Position numbers and translations under genes: made by a program
Assembly (NCBI RefSeq): GCF_030144855.1
Contig: NC_082710.1
Span: 171,864,001-171,928,000, forward strand
DNA length: 64,000 nt
Reading direction: 5' to 3'
Source: Hypanus sabinus
Lineage: Eukaryota
The notes under the pieces: generated by a model
What the model was told of the DNA's origin: nothing
Seen by the model: only the letters and a program-made list of their open reading frames with translations
The model's database searches: none
Shown: positions 49,626 through 61,859 of the stretch, piece after piece
Position numbering within the stretch: the first letter of the stretch is position 1
Layout: every line of letters starts with the position of its first letter

Positions 49626-49668
49626 CAGAGAACAAGAACAATGAACAGACGAACGCATTCCACGTCAT
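49626..49668 (-). CDS. ncr3: Leader (signal peptide) exon, MTWNAFVCSLFLFS-G, phase-1 end; the exon itself starts at 49682
   Basis: Minus strand reads tctctttttctaaag|gcatccgccgaaccATG...TTCTCTG|gtaagt: polypyrimidine acceptor, ACC-ATG Kozak context, hydrophobic 14-mer and a consensus donor. Phase matches the V exon. Confidence 0.8.
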
Positions 49669-51899
49669 GGTTCGGCGGATGCCTTTAGAAAAAGAGAAGC
49701 AAATGAACACAAATATTGTAAATATTGTAAAAATAGAAACAAAATCTAAATGGCGTATGCCAAAAGCCTGAAATACAATAGCAAAGAATGTCCAAAAAAA
49801 ATCTTTGACCAAGGAACTTCGGGACTTGGTGTCATCTTCAGTAATTTCATACAAACCGCTTTCGTTTTCATTCTATTTATTGAAGCTTTTCCCCCCACCA
49901 ACACTGCCTAATCTGATTGGCATGTCCTACAGCTTTGACCTGCATTTTGCAACTTTTCCATCAGTTTCCATGTTTCATCTCCAGCAAATAGTTTCATTAA
50001 TAACTTATCGTTGCTGTGACCCTCTTAGAGATATTCGCTTTTTCCTATGCAATCCTTTTGTGCATTCTCCGCAACTTAAAGCAAGCAGTTTCCTCTTTTT
50101 CCCAGCTTTTCTGAATCTCTATGACCTGAAACGTGGTCTTCCTTGTCAGATTTTGCAGATTGTTGTGCTTGATCTTGCAGCTGTGGGTTAGACTTAACGG
50201 ATATACACTGCATGTTAAAGCATAAATAATCTGATTAAAATATCGTGCATCCCTGTGAGTTGTACCTGCGCTAAGATGAATAGAATCACGTACAGAATTT
50301 TACACAGTGGGAAAAGCAAGTCACAAGGACTGAATGCTATTCTATGTCATATAACGAGGTAGTGGGTGGTTCTTCGTGTCTTAGCTGATCTAGGACAGAT
50401 GTTCTCCCTTTGATGGCAAAATTGAAAAAAATAGTTCCTGTTTTTAACCATCGCAACTCATTTCTACATTTTTTTTTTGTTTCGTCAGCAAAACCTAAAG
50501 AAATTGGAGTCCTTGGGGACTTTTTAACTATCATCATTTAGCAACTGAGGTTTGTTATCCATTTCCCTTTTTGCACAGGCAATGTTTTAAAAATACTGCC
50601 GGGAACTTCCTGTATAGACGCTACCATTGAGCATCTCTTGTGCTTAGAAACACAAGAAATTCTGCAGATCACAAACAAGATGCTGCAATTCCAAGCAACG
50701 GACATAAAATGATGGAGTAATTCAGCAGGTGAGGCGGCATCTATGGAAAAGAGTACCCTTCATCAGGTCTGATTGAAGTGTCTCGACCCGAATCGTCGAA
50801 TGTACTCTGGTCCATAGATTCTGCAGATGCCGGAAATCCAGAGAAACGCGCACAAAATGCTGGAGGAACTCAGAGAGCATTATTGGAGGGGATTACGGGG
50901 GTCGACATTTCGGGTCGAGATGGTTTATCAAGACTGGAAAAGAAGGGGGCAGGAGCCAGAATGCGGAAAATTAGTGTCAGGTGTGCAGCTTATATGGAAA
51001 AGAAACAAAACTATGCAAATACAATAACAAAACTAAAATTAAATAAGTAAATAATTAATACAGATAACATATCATAGTTCTTGAAAGTAAGTCCATAGCT
51101 TGTGGAATCATTTCAAAATTGAGGTGCATGAAGGTATCTTTGTTAGTTTAAAAGCCTGATGGGTGAAAGATACTATCTGTTCGTGAATGTGGTGGTGTGG
51201 GAGTTCAGATTCCGTTCAGGCCATAGTGTCTTACCTAGCCGTCAGATTAATCCCCACCCATCCCTGCAACCAACAGAATCCTCATTGTCGCTCTTATGAA
51301 CTAAGTAGAGGTGTTTTGCCATGCGGTCACCTTTGTATCTGCTTCTCTGCTACATACCCGTCAAATTTGCCCATTACCACATCCCCAATCACTCTCAACC
51401 CGAGTACAATAAATCCAAAATTATACTAAGCAATTAGCAATCAGGCATGGGAAGGCACAGGGACAAATAACAGTGCCAAGTGGACAAGCTCCAGGCAGGA
51501 AGCAACCAAGATCAGCATCGAACCAGATCCCCGGTTCCAGCATTAGCGCCACATCACCACATTGAGACAGTTAATCAGCAATGCGAGAAAGAAAGTTAAA
51601 TTTATACTAATCTATGGTTACGACGTTATGAATATTTTTACTTCTGAACGTGACATTTCCTTGGCTGTTTTCACTTCTGAATAAGCAGTCATGGAGGTCA
51701 GGCCAAAGCCGAATTGAAAGTTAAACTTCGTTAAATTGTGATCATAAAATTTGAAGAGTTATTAAGATTTTGTTGCCTTCTACTTTGAGATTCTTAAGTT
51801 ACATTATAATTGCAGTTAAGGTGTTGAAGTAGAACACTTTTATTTTCCTTCTACTTTCACATTTTTAGAAACACACTCACCTACTTATGGGAAAATATT

Positions 51900-54000
51900 G
51901 CATGATGAATCTGTTAGAATTCTTTAAGGAAATTACAAGTAGGATAGATAAAGGGAACGTAGTGGCTGTTGTATATTTGGCTTTTCAAAAGGCCGTTCAC
52001 AAGGTGCCACACATGAAGCTGCTTACCAAGTTAAGAAACCATTGATTGGAGGCAAAGAGTGGGAATGAAAGGCTCCTTTTCTGGTTGGCTGCCAGTAACT
52101 AGTGGTGTTCTGCGGGGATCAGTGTTGCGGCCGCGTCCTTTTGTGCTGTATATCAATAATTTAGATGATGGAATAGATGGCTTGGTTGCTACTTGAAGAC
52201 GATATCAAGACATGTGGAGGGACAGGCATTTCATAAAGCTTCAGAAAAGCTTCAGAAGGACTTAGATTAGAAGAATGGAAAGGAAATACAGTGTTGGAAA
52301 ATGCATGAGCAGAAATAAATGTGCAGACTGTTTTTTAAACGGGGAGAAAAACTAAAAATATGAGATGCAAATAGATAGACAATAAACAATAGGTGCAGAA
52401 GTAGAACATTCGGCCCTTCGAGCCTGCACCGCCATTCTCAGATCATGGCTGATCATCTACTGTCAATACCCGGTTCCTGCCTTGACCCCATACCCTTGAT
52501 TCCTCTATTTAGCTCCTTCTTGAAAGTAACCAGAGAACTGGCCTTCACTGCCTTCCGAGGCAGTGCATTCCAGATCTGCGAGAAGAAGGTTTTCCTTAAC
52601 TCTGTCCTAAATGACCTACCCCTTATTCTCAAACCATGCCCTCTGGTTTCCTGCCTCTATCTTGTCCAATCCCTTAATAATCTTATATGCTGCAATCAGA
52701 TGCCCTCTCCATCTCCTTAATTCCAGAGTGTACAAGCCCAGTCTCTTTAACCTCTCTGCGTAAGACAGTCCAGACATCCCAGGAATTAACCTTGTGAATC
52801 TACGCTGCACTTCCTCTACAGCCAGGATACCCTTCTTTAAACCTGGAGACCAAAACTGTACACAATACTCCAGGTGTGGTCTCACCAGGGCCCTGTACAA
52901 ATGCAAAAGGATTTCCTTGCTCTTGTACTCAATTCCCTTTGTAATAAAGGCCAATATTCCATTAGCCTTCTTCACTGCCTGCTGCACTTGCTCATTCACC
53001 TTCAGTGACTGATGAACAAGGACTCCTACATCTCTTTGTATTACTCCCTTACCTAACTCTACACCGTTCAGATAATAATCTTCCTTCCTGTTCTCACCCC
53101 CAAAGTGGATAACGTCACACTTATTCACATTAAACGTCATCTGCCATGTATCTGCCCACTCACCCAGCCTATCCAAGTAACCCTGAATTCTCCTAACATC
53201 CTCATCACATGTCACACTGCCACCCAGTTGAGTATAATCAGCAAACTTGCTGATGTTATTCTCAATGCCTTCATCTAAGGTTTGGGAGTCCTTGTCTCGA
53301 ACACCCTAAAAGATAGCTTGCAGCTTGAGTCGCTCGTGAGGAAGGTAAATGCAAAGTTAGCATTCATTTCAATAGGTCTAGAATATAAGAAAAGTGATGC
53401 GATGCTGAGGCTTTATAAGGCACTGGTGAGATATCACCTTGAGTATTGTGCACAATTTTGGGGTCCTCATCTACGAAAAGATGTGCTAGCATTGGAGAGG
53501 ATTCACAGGAAGTTTACAATGATGATTCCGGGAATGAAAGGGTTATCATTCGAGTAACGCTTGATGGCTCTGGTACCGCACTCATTGGAATTTAAAAGGA
53601 TGAGAAGGATCTCATTGAAACCTTTCGAAGGTGGTAGAAAGAGTAGATTTGGAAAGGATGTATCCCATGGTGGGGTAGTCCAGGACAAGAGGGCAGAGCC
53701 TCAAAGTAGATGGGCGGCCATTTAAAGCAGATACACGGAGAAACTGCTTGAGCCAGAGGGTGGTGAATTTGTGGAATTTGTTACCACAGGCAGCTGTGGA
53801 GGCAAGCTCTTTGGGTGTAGTTAAGGCGGAGATTGCTAGGTTCTTGATTGACCACGGCATCAAAGGTTTCGTGGAGAAGGCCGAGGATTACACCTGAGAG
53901 GGGGAAAAATAAGAATCACCATGACTGAATGGCGGAGCAGATTCGAGGGGCAAATGACCTAATGCTGCACCAATAGCTTATGGTCTGAAGGCAGGATGAC
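51900..54000 (+). mobile_element. CR1 RT fragment interrupted by a minus-strand young CR1 3' end (52372-53278)
   Basis: ORF 52616..53215 (minus) is near-identical to the 25647..26852 copy; ORF 53282..53557 (plus). Confidence 0.9.
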
Positions 54001-54029
54001 TCAGACAAGAGAAGTGAAAGCCAGCATAT

Positions 54030-54310
54030 AATCCAAAAGGAGTGCATACATCAGAGCAAAATTTAATTATTAAGATACAGCGCCAAATAGGCCTTCCCGC
54101 CCAGCAATTTCCCCGATTTAATCGGGGTCTAATCATGGGGCAATTTCCAAAGACCAAGTAAACAGTCTTTGGACTGTCGGAGGACACTGGAGCATCCGGA
54201 GCAAACTCACACGCTACGTACAATCCGCAGGCAGGACAACGGTGGGAAGGAAACCCGAGTTGTCTGCAATGTAAAACTTAGTGCGAAACACCACACTGTT
54301 ACGGGAATTT
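54030..54310 (-). mobile_element. tRNA-derived SINE (V-SINE-like)
   Basis: Reverse complement contains gtttgctccggatgctccagtgtcctccgacagtccaaagac. Confidence 0.6.
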
Positions 54311-55177
54311 AGAAGATTGGGAAAATTTTAAAAATCAACAGAAGGCAATTAAAATGTCATAAAGGAGGCAAACATAGAACACGAGGTAAGTCAGCCAATA
54401 GTATTAACGAGAGAAAAATGTTTCTTCATATACTGCATGTAACCGAAAAGAAAGCGAGAGTAGATATCGAAATGATGGAAATGATGCTGGAGTAATGGTG
54501 GCAACGAAATAGTGGACAAACTGAATACGTATTTTGCATCATTCGTCACTGTGGAAGCCATTCGCAGTATGCAGTTGTTCGAGAGGTTTAACAACGGTAG
54601 AATTGTGTGAATTGTGCTATTACTAGGGACAACGTTCTTGGGAAAATGGAAGGTCTGCAGGCAGAGAGGTCACCTGATCTAGATGGTCTAAACCTCAGGG
54701 TTCTGAAAGAAGTGACTGAGGAGTTTGTGAAGGCATTGGTAATGTTCTTTCATGACTCAGTGGATTCTGGGACTGGTCTGGAAGTCACATCACACTTCAA
54801 GAAGGGAGAGAGGCAGAACAAGTTACAGGCCCGTTAGTGGGACTTCAGTGCTTTGAAGATTGTTGGAGTAGAATTCCTAAAGATGTTTTTTCAGGCTACT
54901 TAGAGGCACACGATTGAATAGTGCATAGCCTCTGGTTTCCTTAAGGGAAAAGGAGCCCATGATATTACAGGGAAGATACTATGATGGACAGAGGATTGGT
55001 TGATTGCCAGGAAGCAACGAATGGGAACAACGGGAGCCTTTTTTCGCTTGGCTACTTGTGTGTAGTGGTGTTTCACAGGTGTGTTCTGTGGCCGCTTCTT
55101 TTTTATGCTATACTTCAGTGCTTGGATGACGAAATTTGTGGCTTTGAGGCCAAGTTTGAGGCCAACTTGGATGATAC

Positions 55178-55747
55178 TTACTGAGGAGACTGAGGTCCTT
55201 TAACATCTGCAGGACGATGTTGAGGATGTTCTATGAGTCTGTGGTGGCCAGTGCTATCATGTTTGCTGTTGTGTGCTGGGGCAGCAGGCTGAGGGTAGCA
55301 GACACCAACAGAATCAACAAACTCATTCGTAAGGCCAGTGATGTTGTGGGGGTGGAACTGGACTCTCTGACGGTGGTGTCTGAAAAGAAGGTGCTGTCCA
55401 AGTTGCATGCCATCTTGGACAATGTCTCCCATCCACTCTGTAATGTACTGGTTAGGCGCAGGAGTACATTCAGCCAGAGACTCATTCCACCGAGATGCAA
55501 CACTGAGCGTCATAGGAAGTCATTCCTGCCTGTGGCCATCAAACTTTACAAATCCTCCCTCGGAGTGTCATACACCCTGAGCCAATAGGCTGGTCCTGGA
55601 CTTATTTCCACTTGGTATAATTTACCTATTATTTAATTATTTATGGTTTTATATTGCTATATTTCTACACTATTCTTGGTTGGTGCCACTGTAATGAAAC
55701 CCAATTTCCCTCGGGATCAATAAAATATGTCTGTCTGTCTGTCTGTC
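55178..55747 (+). mobile_element. Rex1/Babar LINE 3' end with a (CTGT)n tail and 6-bp TSD TGATAC, inside a CR1
   Basis: ORF 55217..55588 (FYESVVASAIMFAVVCWG...SFLPVAIKLY). TSD at 55172-55177 and 55748-55753. Confidence 0.88.
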
Positions 55748-56639
55748 TGATACAAAGATAGACTGAGGGCCGTCCATTTAGAACGGAGTTGAGGTGGAAT
55801 TTTTGTATCCAAAGAGTAGTGAGTGCATGGGATTCATTACTACATGCAGCTGTGGAGCACGAAGAATGTTATGCAGATTTTCAGCATTTTTGGATATGGA
55901 CTTGAACTACAGATTTCAGTTCATATTTCAGTCTTATAGTGTTTTTCTATTATGCGTTTCCTTTCTCGATTTTTGTGTCCTGGGGTGGGAGACTTGGGGT
56001 TGATATACCTGTTCCATTTTTGTTCGATTTTTCATTGCGGGGAGGAGAAATTTTGGGGGTTGATGAGCGTATTGCTTTACTTTTCTTTCTTGGTTTCCTG
56101 GCTATTTGGAGCAGAAGAATTTCAGAGTTGTGTGCTTCGGTAATAAATAACCTTTGAACTTTTGAAGCAACTGGGTATGTTTAAGGCAGAGGTTGATAGA
56201 TTCCTGATTAATCAGGGCATGAAGGGATATAGGGAAAAGGTGGGCTGAGATGGGAATGGATTATTTATAATGAAATGGCAGGGTCGTCTCGATGGCCCAA
56301 ACGGCCTAATTCTGCTCCAATATCTTATTGTTTTATTGTCCCTGAGTAATCCCTCCTCATCTCTATTCTAAAAGGACGTCCTTCTATTCTGAGGCTTGTG
56401 CCCTCTGGTCAAGACTCACCCACAATAGACACCAGGCTCTCCATGTCCGCTCTAGATAAAGATTGCGTTGCGCTTCACAGGCCTCTTTCACAGGAATGTC
56501 AGTCGCAAAGCCGCGCCCTAAAAACAGCCAGGCTGTAGAACCATTGAAGAATTACACTGAATTTGATTTTCCTTCACTCATTGAGGCGAACGAACAGTTA
56601 ACATATATTGTCATTACTCTTTGAACTGTGGACCACGGA

Positions 56640-57725
56640 AGGCGAATTGGTACAAAGGATGGGACTGATTTAGGTAGGGGCGGGGTAATGGGCTGTGTTG
56701 CGGTAGGAAATAGCAACTTTCTGCTCGACACTGGAATAGTCATCCTCTCGGAAGCACAAAGAAAATCTTCTGCGGGTGGAGTAACAAGCACCTGGAAGAG
56801 AGGATTTCTGACATTTTGGAACGAAAGCACACATCAGGACGGCGACTGGAGAGGTAAGATAGCCAGTCTAAGTAGGAAAGGGGAAGTGAGACAGGGGCCA
56901 GAATGTGATAGGGACCAAAGAAGGATGGAAGATCAGGGGCAGATTTAACGATTTGAGGAGAGGTATTGCTGGAGTTGGGAAATGGTAGCAGATAGATAAT
57001 AGAAGCAAGTTGACAAAAGGGAAAATAATAAAGGCAGACGAGGACGTGTGGGGGAAGAGAGGTTGAAGGTGGAAATCGGTGCCGGGGGAGGGCGGGGGCG
57101 ATGATCGAGCTAATGATTCCTAGCAATGCTAGAATCTACTAAATACGGCCATGCTGGGAACCATTAAGGGAGTGGAGGAAGGTAAATGCGAAGGGAATCC
57201 GGTGGCTCATAAATGTCTCTTTCGGCCTCCTGGTTAATTCCACATTTTAACCAAATATTTCATGCGCCAGTGTGAAATGCTGTGTGATATGCTTCTCCAT
57301 ATCATTCCTTCTGCCTCTAACTGCCCCCACCCGCCGTCAAAGTTTCAGCCAGTCACCTTCCAGCAACTCTCTCCGCTTTCACCCTCTCCTCGGGGGAGGG
57401 GCAATCTCATCTTTTTGCCTGTTTCTACCCATCACTCACCTGCCTCTGTCTCCCACCTACGTTGCTCCATTGCAAACTGGCTCTATCTGCCCCTTATCCT
57501 TCGCATCTCCTTGCCTATCAATTGCCATCTCTTGTCTTTACCACGCTCCCTCTCCTCTTTATTCCGGCTCTTACTTCACCGTGGCCAGTCCCGATACGGG
57601 ATCTCGACTCGAAACATCAACAACCCCGAACCACCCCCGTCCCCCGTCCCCCGTACAGAGGTTACTCGACCCGCTGAGTACTTCCAGCAGTTTGTTTCCC
57701 ATCAGAATGCAGCATCTGTCCTCTC
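56640..57725. mobile_element. Highly decayed Penelope body and tail fragments
   Basis: Purine/pyrimidine-rich tail blocks and a degenerate hammerhead-like segment at ~57590-57620. Confidence 0.55.
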
Positions 57726-58080
57726 TTGTGTCTTCCCCAAGCCACCGCTCAACCTCACGCAGCTTCACCAAAGCTCGGCCAGACACACTGATCCTACTCA
57801 GTATCAGACTCAGAGCCACTCAATCTTCCTAAAATCAGATTCAAGGACTCTCCAGCAGCCGGAAACCCATTCTTCCCGAATCCCGGATTTGGAACTCTTT
57901 CACAAAATTTGGCTCGGGAAATTTATCCGCCTCAAAGCCCGCTTCAAGAAAGGTCCGCCTCCTGGACACCAGGCTCAGAGATATTCACCCTCTTCAAAGC
58001 CCGATTCAAAGACAAACGATCTCTTAAGACCCTGCTTTACGCCTTTAGATTTCCCTAAAGCTCGGTGAAGAAGCACTTAC

Positions 58081-58190
58081 CGTTCTTAAAATAGCTGCCG
58101 AATCTTAATCTTTCCCTGGACGTCTTAAGCCCAAGCTTTGTACCACAAAGCACAGACGTTATGTACGCAATCGAATCTTAGTTTTACTTG
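58081..58190 (-). other. Putative non-coding first exon (5' UTR); 5' end uncertain
   Basis: Strong donor AAGAACG|gtaagt at 58081/58080, no ATG in the segment, and it abuts an ETS motif. The leader exon has an acceptor, so an upstream exon is expected. Confidence 0.45.
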
Positions 58191-58203
58191 CAACACTTCC
58201 GGT
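58142..58203 (-). promoter_or_regulatory. Candidate promoter motifs: ETS site ACCGGAAGT (58195-58203) and RUNX core TGTGGT (58142-58147)
   Basis: Exact motif matches in unique sequence next to the putative first exon. Function is inferred. Confidence 0.4.
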
Positions 58204-58397
58204 TTCCTTCTATAATAATGTGCATATTGTGCATCTGCACAAAACACACTTCTCGTTTCCGAATCCTTTGGTTAGATAAAGCATCTATGAGTTTAAACAG
58301 CCGTAAAATAAAACGGAAAAATGTTGGAAAATGCCCAGCGGCTCAATGACACCTATGTGAAAACATGGAAGGTTTCGGGTAGACGTTATATAAATAA

Positions 58398-58405
58398 TCT
58401 CTCAC

Positions 58406-58459
<54 letters not shown>

Positions 58460-58545
58460 TCTCCCTCTTCCCCCTCTCCATATCTCTCCCTCTCGCTTTC
58501 CATATCTCCCCCTCTCTCCCCCTTCCCCCTCTCCCTCTCTCCCTC
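58398..58545 (+). repeat. Compound (CT)n(CA)n microsatellite followed by a CT-rich low-complexity tract
   Basis: Directly visible. Confidence 0.95.
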
Positions 58546-59469
58546 TCTAAACGTTATCGGCAGCTGAGGAACAGGATCTGCAGTTCAGGATGCAGAGTAA
58601 TCGGTGTCATTCTCATTATAATAAATATCGAAAGTTGGGGAGAGTATATCCCCTCTTGAGAGAATTCGCAGCAGTTAAAAACAGAAACATAACTTTGCAA
58701 AGAAGCATGAAGTGATTAAAAAATATCACTTTGACAGGATGGAGAACACGTGGGAGAGGCATACACCTATAGCGGGTTTTCCAACTAACATATCAGTGAA
58801 GCATCCTTACACCCCCGGTAGAGAGATTTCCAAAGCGGAGGAACTCATCAGGTCCTGCAGCATCTATGGAGAGGAGTCGACTTTCGGGCCGATACCCTTC
58901 ATCGGGACAGCCAATCTAGCTGAAATTGCTTTATGTGGAGGAAACGAAAGTAGACAACAGATATCAGTAGAAGAGAATAAAAATAAAACACTAGGAAATA
59001 AAATTGCACCCTTGTTAACCTAAAACAAACGAGACTTCAGTAAAACACTTCCCACACAGACACGTGCATAAAGGATCAGACAGCATCAGGGAGTATGGGG
59101 AGGGGAAAGCAAAGTTAATATTATAAACAGATGAATTCTCAGCAAAAGCTGCGATTCAAGTATAGACGAAATTCCTTTTGGCTGGAATTATTGAATTTTC
59201 TTTTGAGTCCTGAATAATGCAATGAACCCGGACAGAAGTTGTGCAACTCACTCAAGAAGCATTATTGGGACAGTATCAGTGGCCAAAAGAAGAGAGCTCA
59301 GATTGGCAGTGGGTGGCGAATTATAATGTGAGAACACAAAAATTTCAGGGTCGCTCTCTGAGCTATACAGAAGTGCGTTACCATCAATCACTCAAATGTA
59401 TCTGTTTTGTCCAACGTGGAAGAAACAACACTGTTATGTACCACTCCGAATTAGTAGTATAGTGCGTAT

Positions 59470-61570
59470 AACCATATAACCATATAACAATTACAGCACG
59501 GAAACAGGCCATCCCGCTTACTCTCACCTAGTCCCACCTACCTGCACTCAGTCCATAACCCTCCGCTCCTTTTCTGTCCATATACCTATCCAATTTTACT
59601 TAAAATGACAAAATCGAAGTTGCCACTACCACTTCGACTAGGAGCTAGTTCCATACAGCTACCACTCTCTGAGTAAAGACGTTCCTCCTCGTGTTTCCTC
59701 TAAACTTTTGCCCCTTAACTCTCAACTCACGGCCTGCTGTTTGAATCTCTCCAGTTCTCAATAGAAAAAGCCTATCCACTTCAACTCTATCCACACCCTC
59801 ATAATTTTAAATACCTCTCTCAAGTCCCCCCTCAACCTTCTACGCTCCAAAGAATAAAGACCTAACTTGTTCAACATTTCTCTGTAACTTAGGTGCTGAA
59901 ACCCGGGTAACATTCTAGTAAATCTCCGCTGTACTCTCTCTATTTTGTTGACATCTTTCCTTTAATTCGGTGACCAGAACTGTAAACAATGCTCCAAATT
60001 TGACTTCACCAATGCCTTGTACAATTTTAACATTACTTCCCAATTTCTATACTCAATACTCTGACTTATAAAGGCCAGCATACCAAAAGCATTCTTCACC
60101 ACCCTATCCACATGAGATTCCACCGTCAGGGAACTATACACCATTATTCCTAGATCACTTTGTTCTACTGCATTCCTCAATGCCCTACTATTTACCATGT
60201 ATATCCTATTTTGATTAGTCCTACCAAAATATAGCACCTCCTACTTATCAGCATTAAACTCCATCTGCTTTCTTTCAGCCCACTCTTTTAACTGGCCTAA
60301 ATTTCCCTACAAGCTTTGAAAACCTACTTCATTCTCCACAACGTCACCTATCTTTGTATCATCTGCATACTTACTAATCCAATTTACCATCCCATCATCC
60401 AGATCATTAATGTATATGATAAACAGCATTAGACTCAGTACAGATTCCTGAGGCACACCACTAGTCACCGGCGTCCAACCTGACGAACAGTTATCCACCA
60501 CTACTCTCTGGCATCTCCCATCCAGACACTGTTGAATCCATTTTACTACTTCAATATTAATACCTAACGATTGAACCTTCCTAACTAACCGTTCGTGTGG
60601 AACCTTGTCAAAGGCCTTACTGAAGTTCATATAGTTAACATCCACTGGTTTACCCTCGTCAACCTTCCTAGCAAGCTGTTAAAAAATTCAATAAGATTTG
60701 TCAAACATGACCTTCTACGCACAAATCCATGTTGACTGTTCCTAATCAGACCCTGTCTATCCAGATAATTATATATACCATCTCCGAGAATACTTTCCAT
60801 TAATTTTCACATCACTGACGTCAAACTTACGGTCCGATAATTGTTAGGGGTACTCTTAGAATCCTTTTTAAACAATGCAAAAACATGATCAATATGCCAA
60901 GCCTCCAGTACCATCCCCGTCTCTAATGATATTTGAAATATTTCTGTAAGAGCCCTTGCTATTTCTACACTAACTTTCCTCAAGGTCCCAGGGAATATCC
61001 TGTCAGGACCTCGAGATTTATCCACTTTTATATTCTTTTAAATCGCCAGTACTTCCTCTTCTTTGATCATCATAGTTTCCATAATTAGCCTACTTGTTTC
61101 CCTTACTTTGGACTATTCAATATCCTTCTCCTCAGTGAATACCAAAGAAAAGAAATTGTTCAAAATCTCTCCCATCTCTTTTGGCTCTGCACGTAACTGT
61201 CCACTTTGATTCCCTAAGGGACCAATTTTATCCCTCACTATCCTTTTGCTATTAATATAACTGTAGAAACCCTTTGGATTTATTTTCACCTTACTTGCCA
61301 AAGCAACTTCATATCTTTCAGCTTTTCTAATTTATTTCTTAAGATTCTTTTTACATTGTTTATATTACATTTTTATATTCCTCGAGCACCTCATTTACTC
61401 CATGCTGCCTATATTTATTGTAGATTTCCCTCTTTTTCCAAACCAAGTTTCCAATATCCCTTGAAAACCATGGCTCTTTCAAACTTTTAACCTTTCCTTT
61501 CAATTTAACAGGAACATAAAGATTCTGTACCCTCAAAATTTCACCTTTAAATGACCTCAATTTCTCTATT
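59470..61570 (-). mobile_element. CR1 ORF2 copy, inverted relative to 34991-37520
   Basis: ORFs 59962..61560, YADDTKIG, (AACCATAT)n tail. Confidence 0.92.
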
Positions 61571-61859
61571 ACATCCTTCCCATAAAGTAGCTACTTCATC
61601 TGGGCGGATTTTCAGTCTCCACATAAGAAGCTCTCTACCCACACTTTATGACAAGAAGGGCGTCAATGACTATCTCTCAGAGAATTGGGGACGTTCGTTA
61701 AAACTTTACAACTACTTCTGTGGGTCATTACTGAAGTAAGCATCATCCCTTCAGTATTAATCAATAAGCTTCAAAGCCTGGGTACCTCCCTCTTCAACTG
61801 GATGCTCAAGTTCCTAATCTGAAGTTCACAGTTAATACAAACCAGAAATAACATCTCTT

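Larger units (their letters stand above)
9555..49668 (-). other. ncr3: Assembled gene model: NCR3/NKp30-like single VJ-Ig receptor with ITIM tail. 5 coding exons, 816 nt, 271 aa: MTWNAFVCSLFLFSG-MRLFPATTTSG-IIEQSP...YYCKVEIFGEGNHLGKGTEVQVT-TAVGHDNGLFTNERK-IVLYVSPLLVIVLLALTLLISIIY-RKRCARSTDKRSANQVVPKKEESVLYAEM...ILYAEV...VVYAAVNMQRM*
   Basis: All junctions are GT-AG and the phases chain without stops (1,1,1,0). Domain order is signal peptide, V-set, TM, Tyr-motif tail. The V domain aligns by eye to human NKp30 (YYCKVEIFGEGNHLGKGT vs YVCRVEVLGLGVGTGNGT; GAITWYKD vs GSVTWFRD; EFQGRV vs EFRGRL). Family assignment is by motif recognition, not a database search. Confidence 0.82.

Noticed and set aside
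49615-49854. 79-aa hydrophobic ORF as a small membrane protein
   Set aside because: Only the last 43 coding nt form the leader exon; the upstream part is a polypyrimidine tract and intron.
57262-58068. 268-aa plus-strand ORF
   Set aside because: Runs through decayed Penelope tail sequence and pyrimidine-rich DNA; no domain motifs or exon structure.
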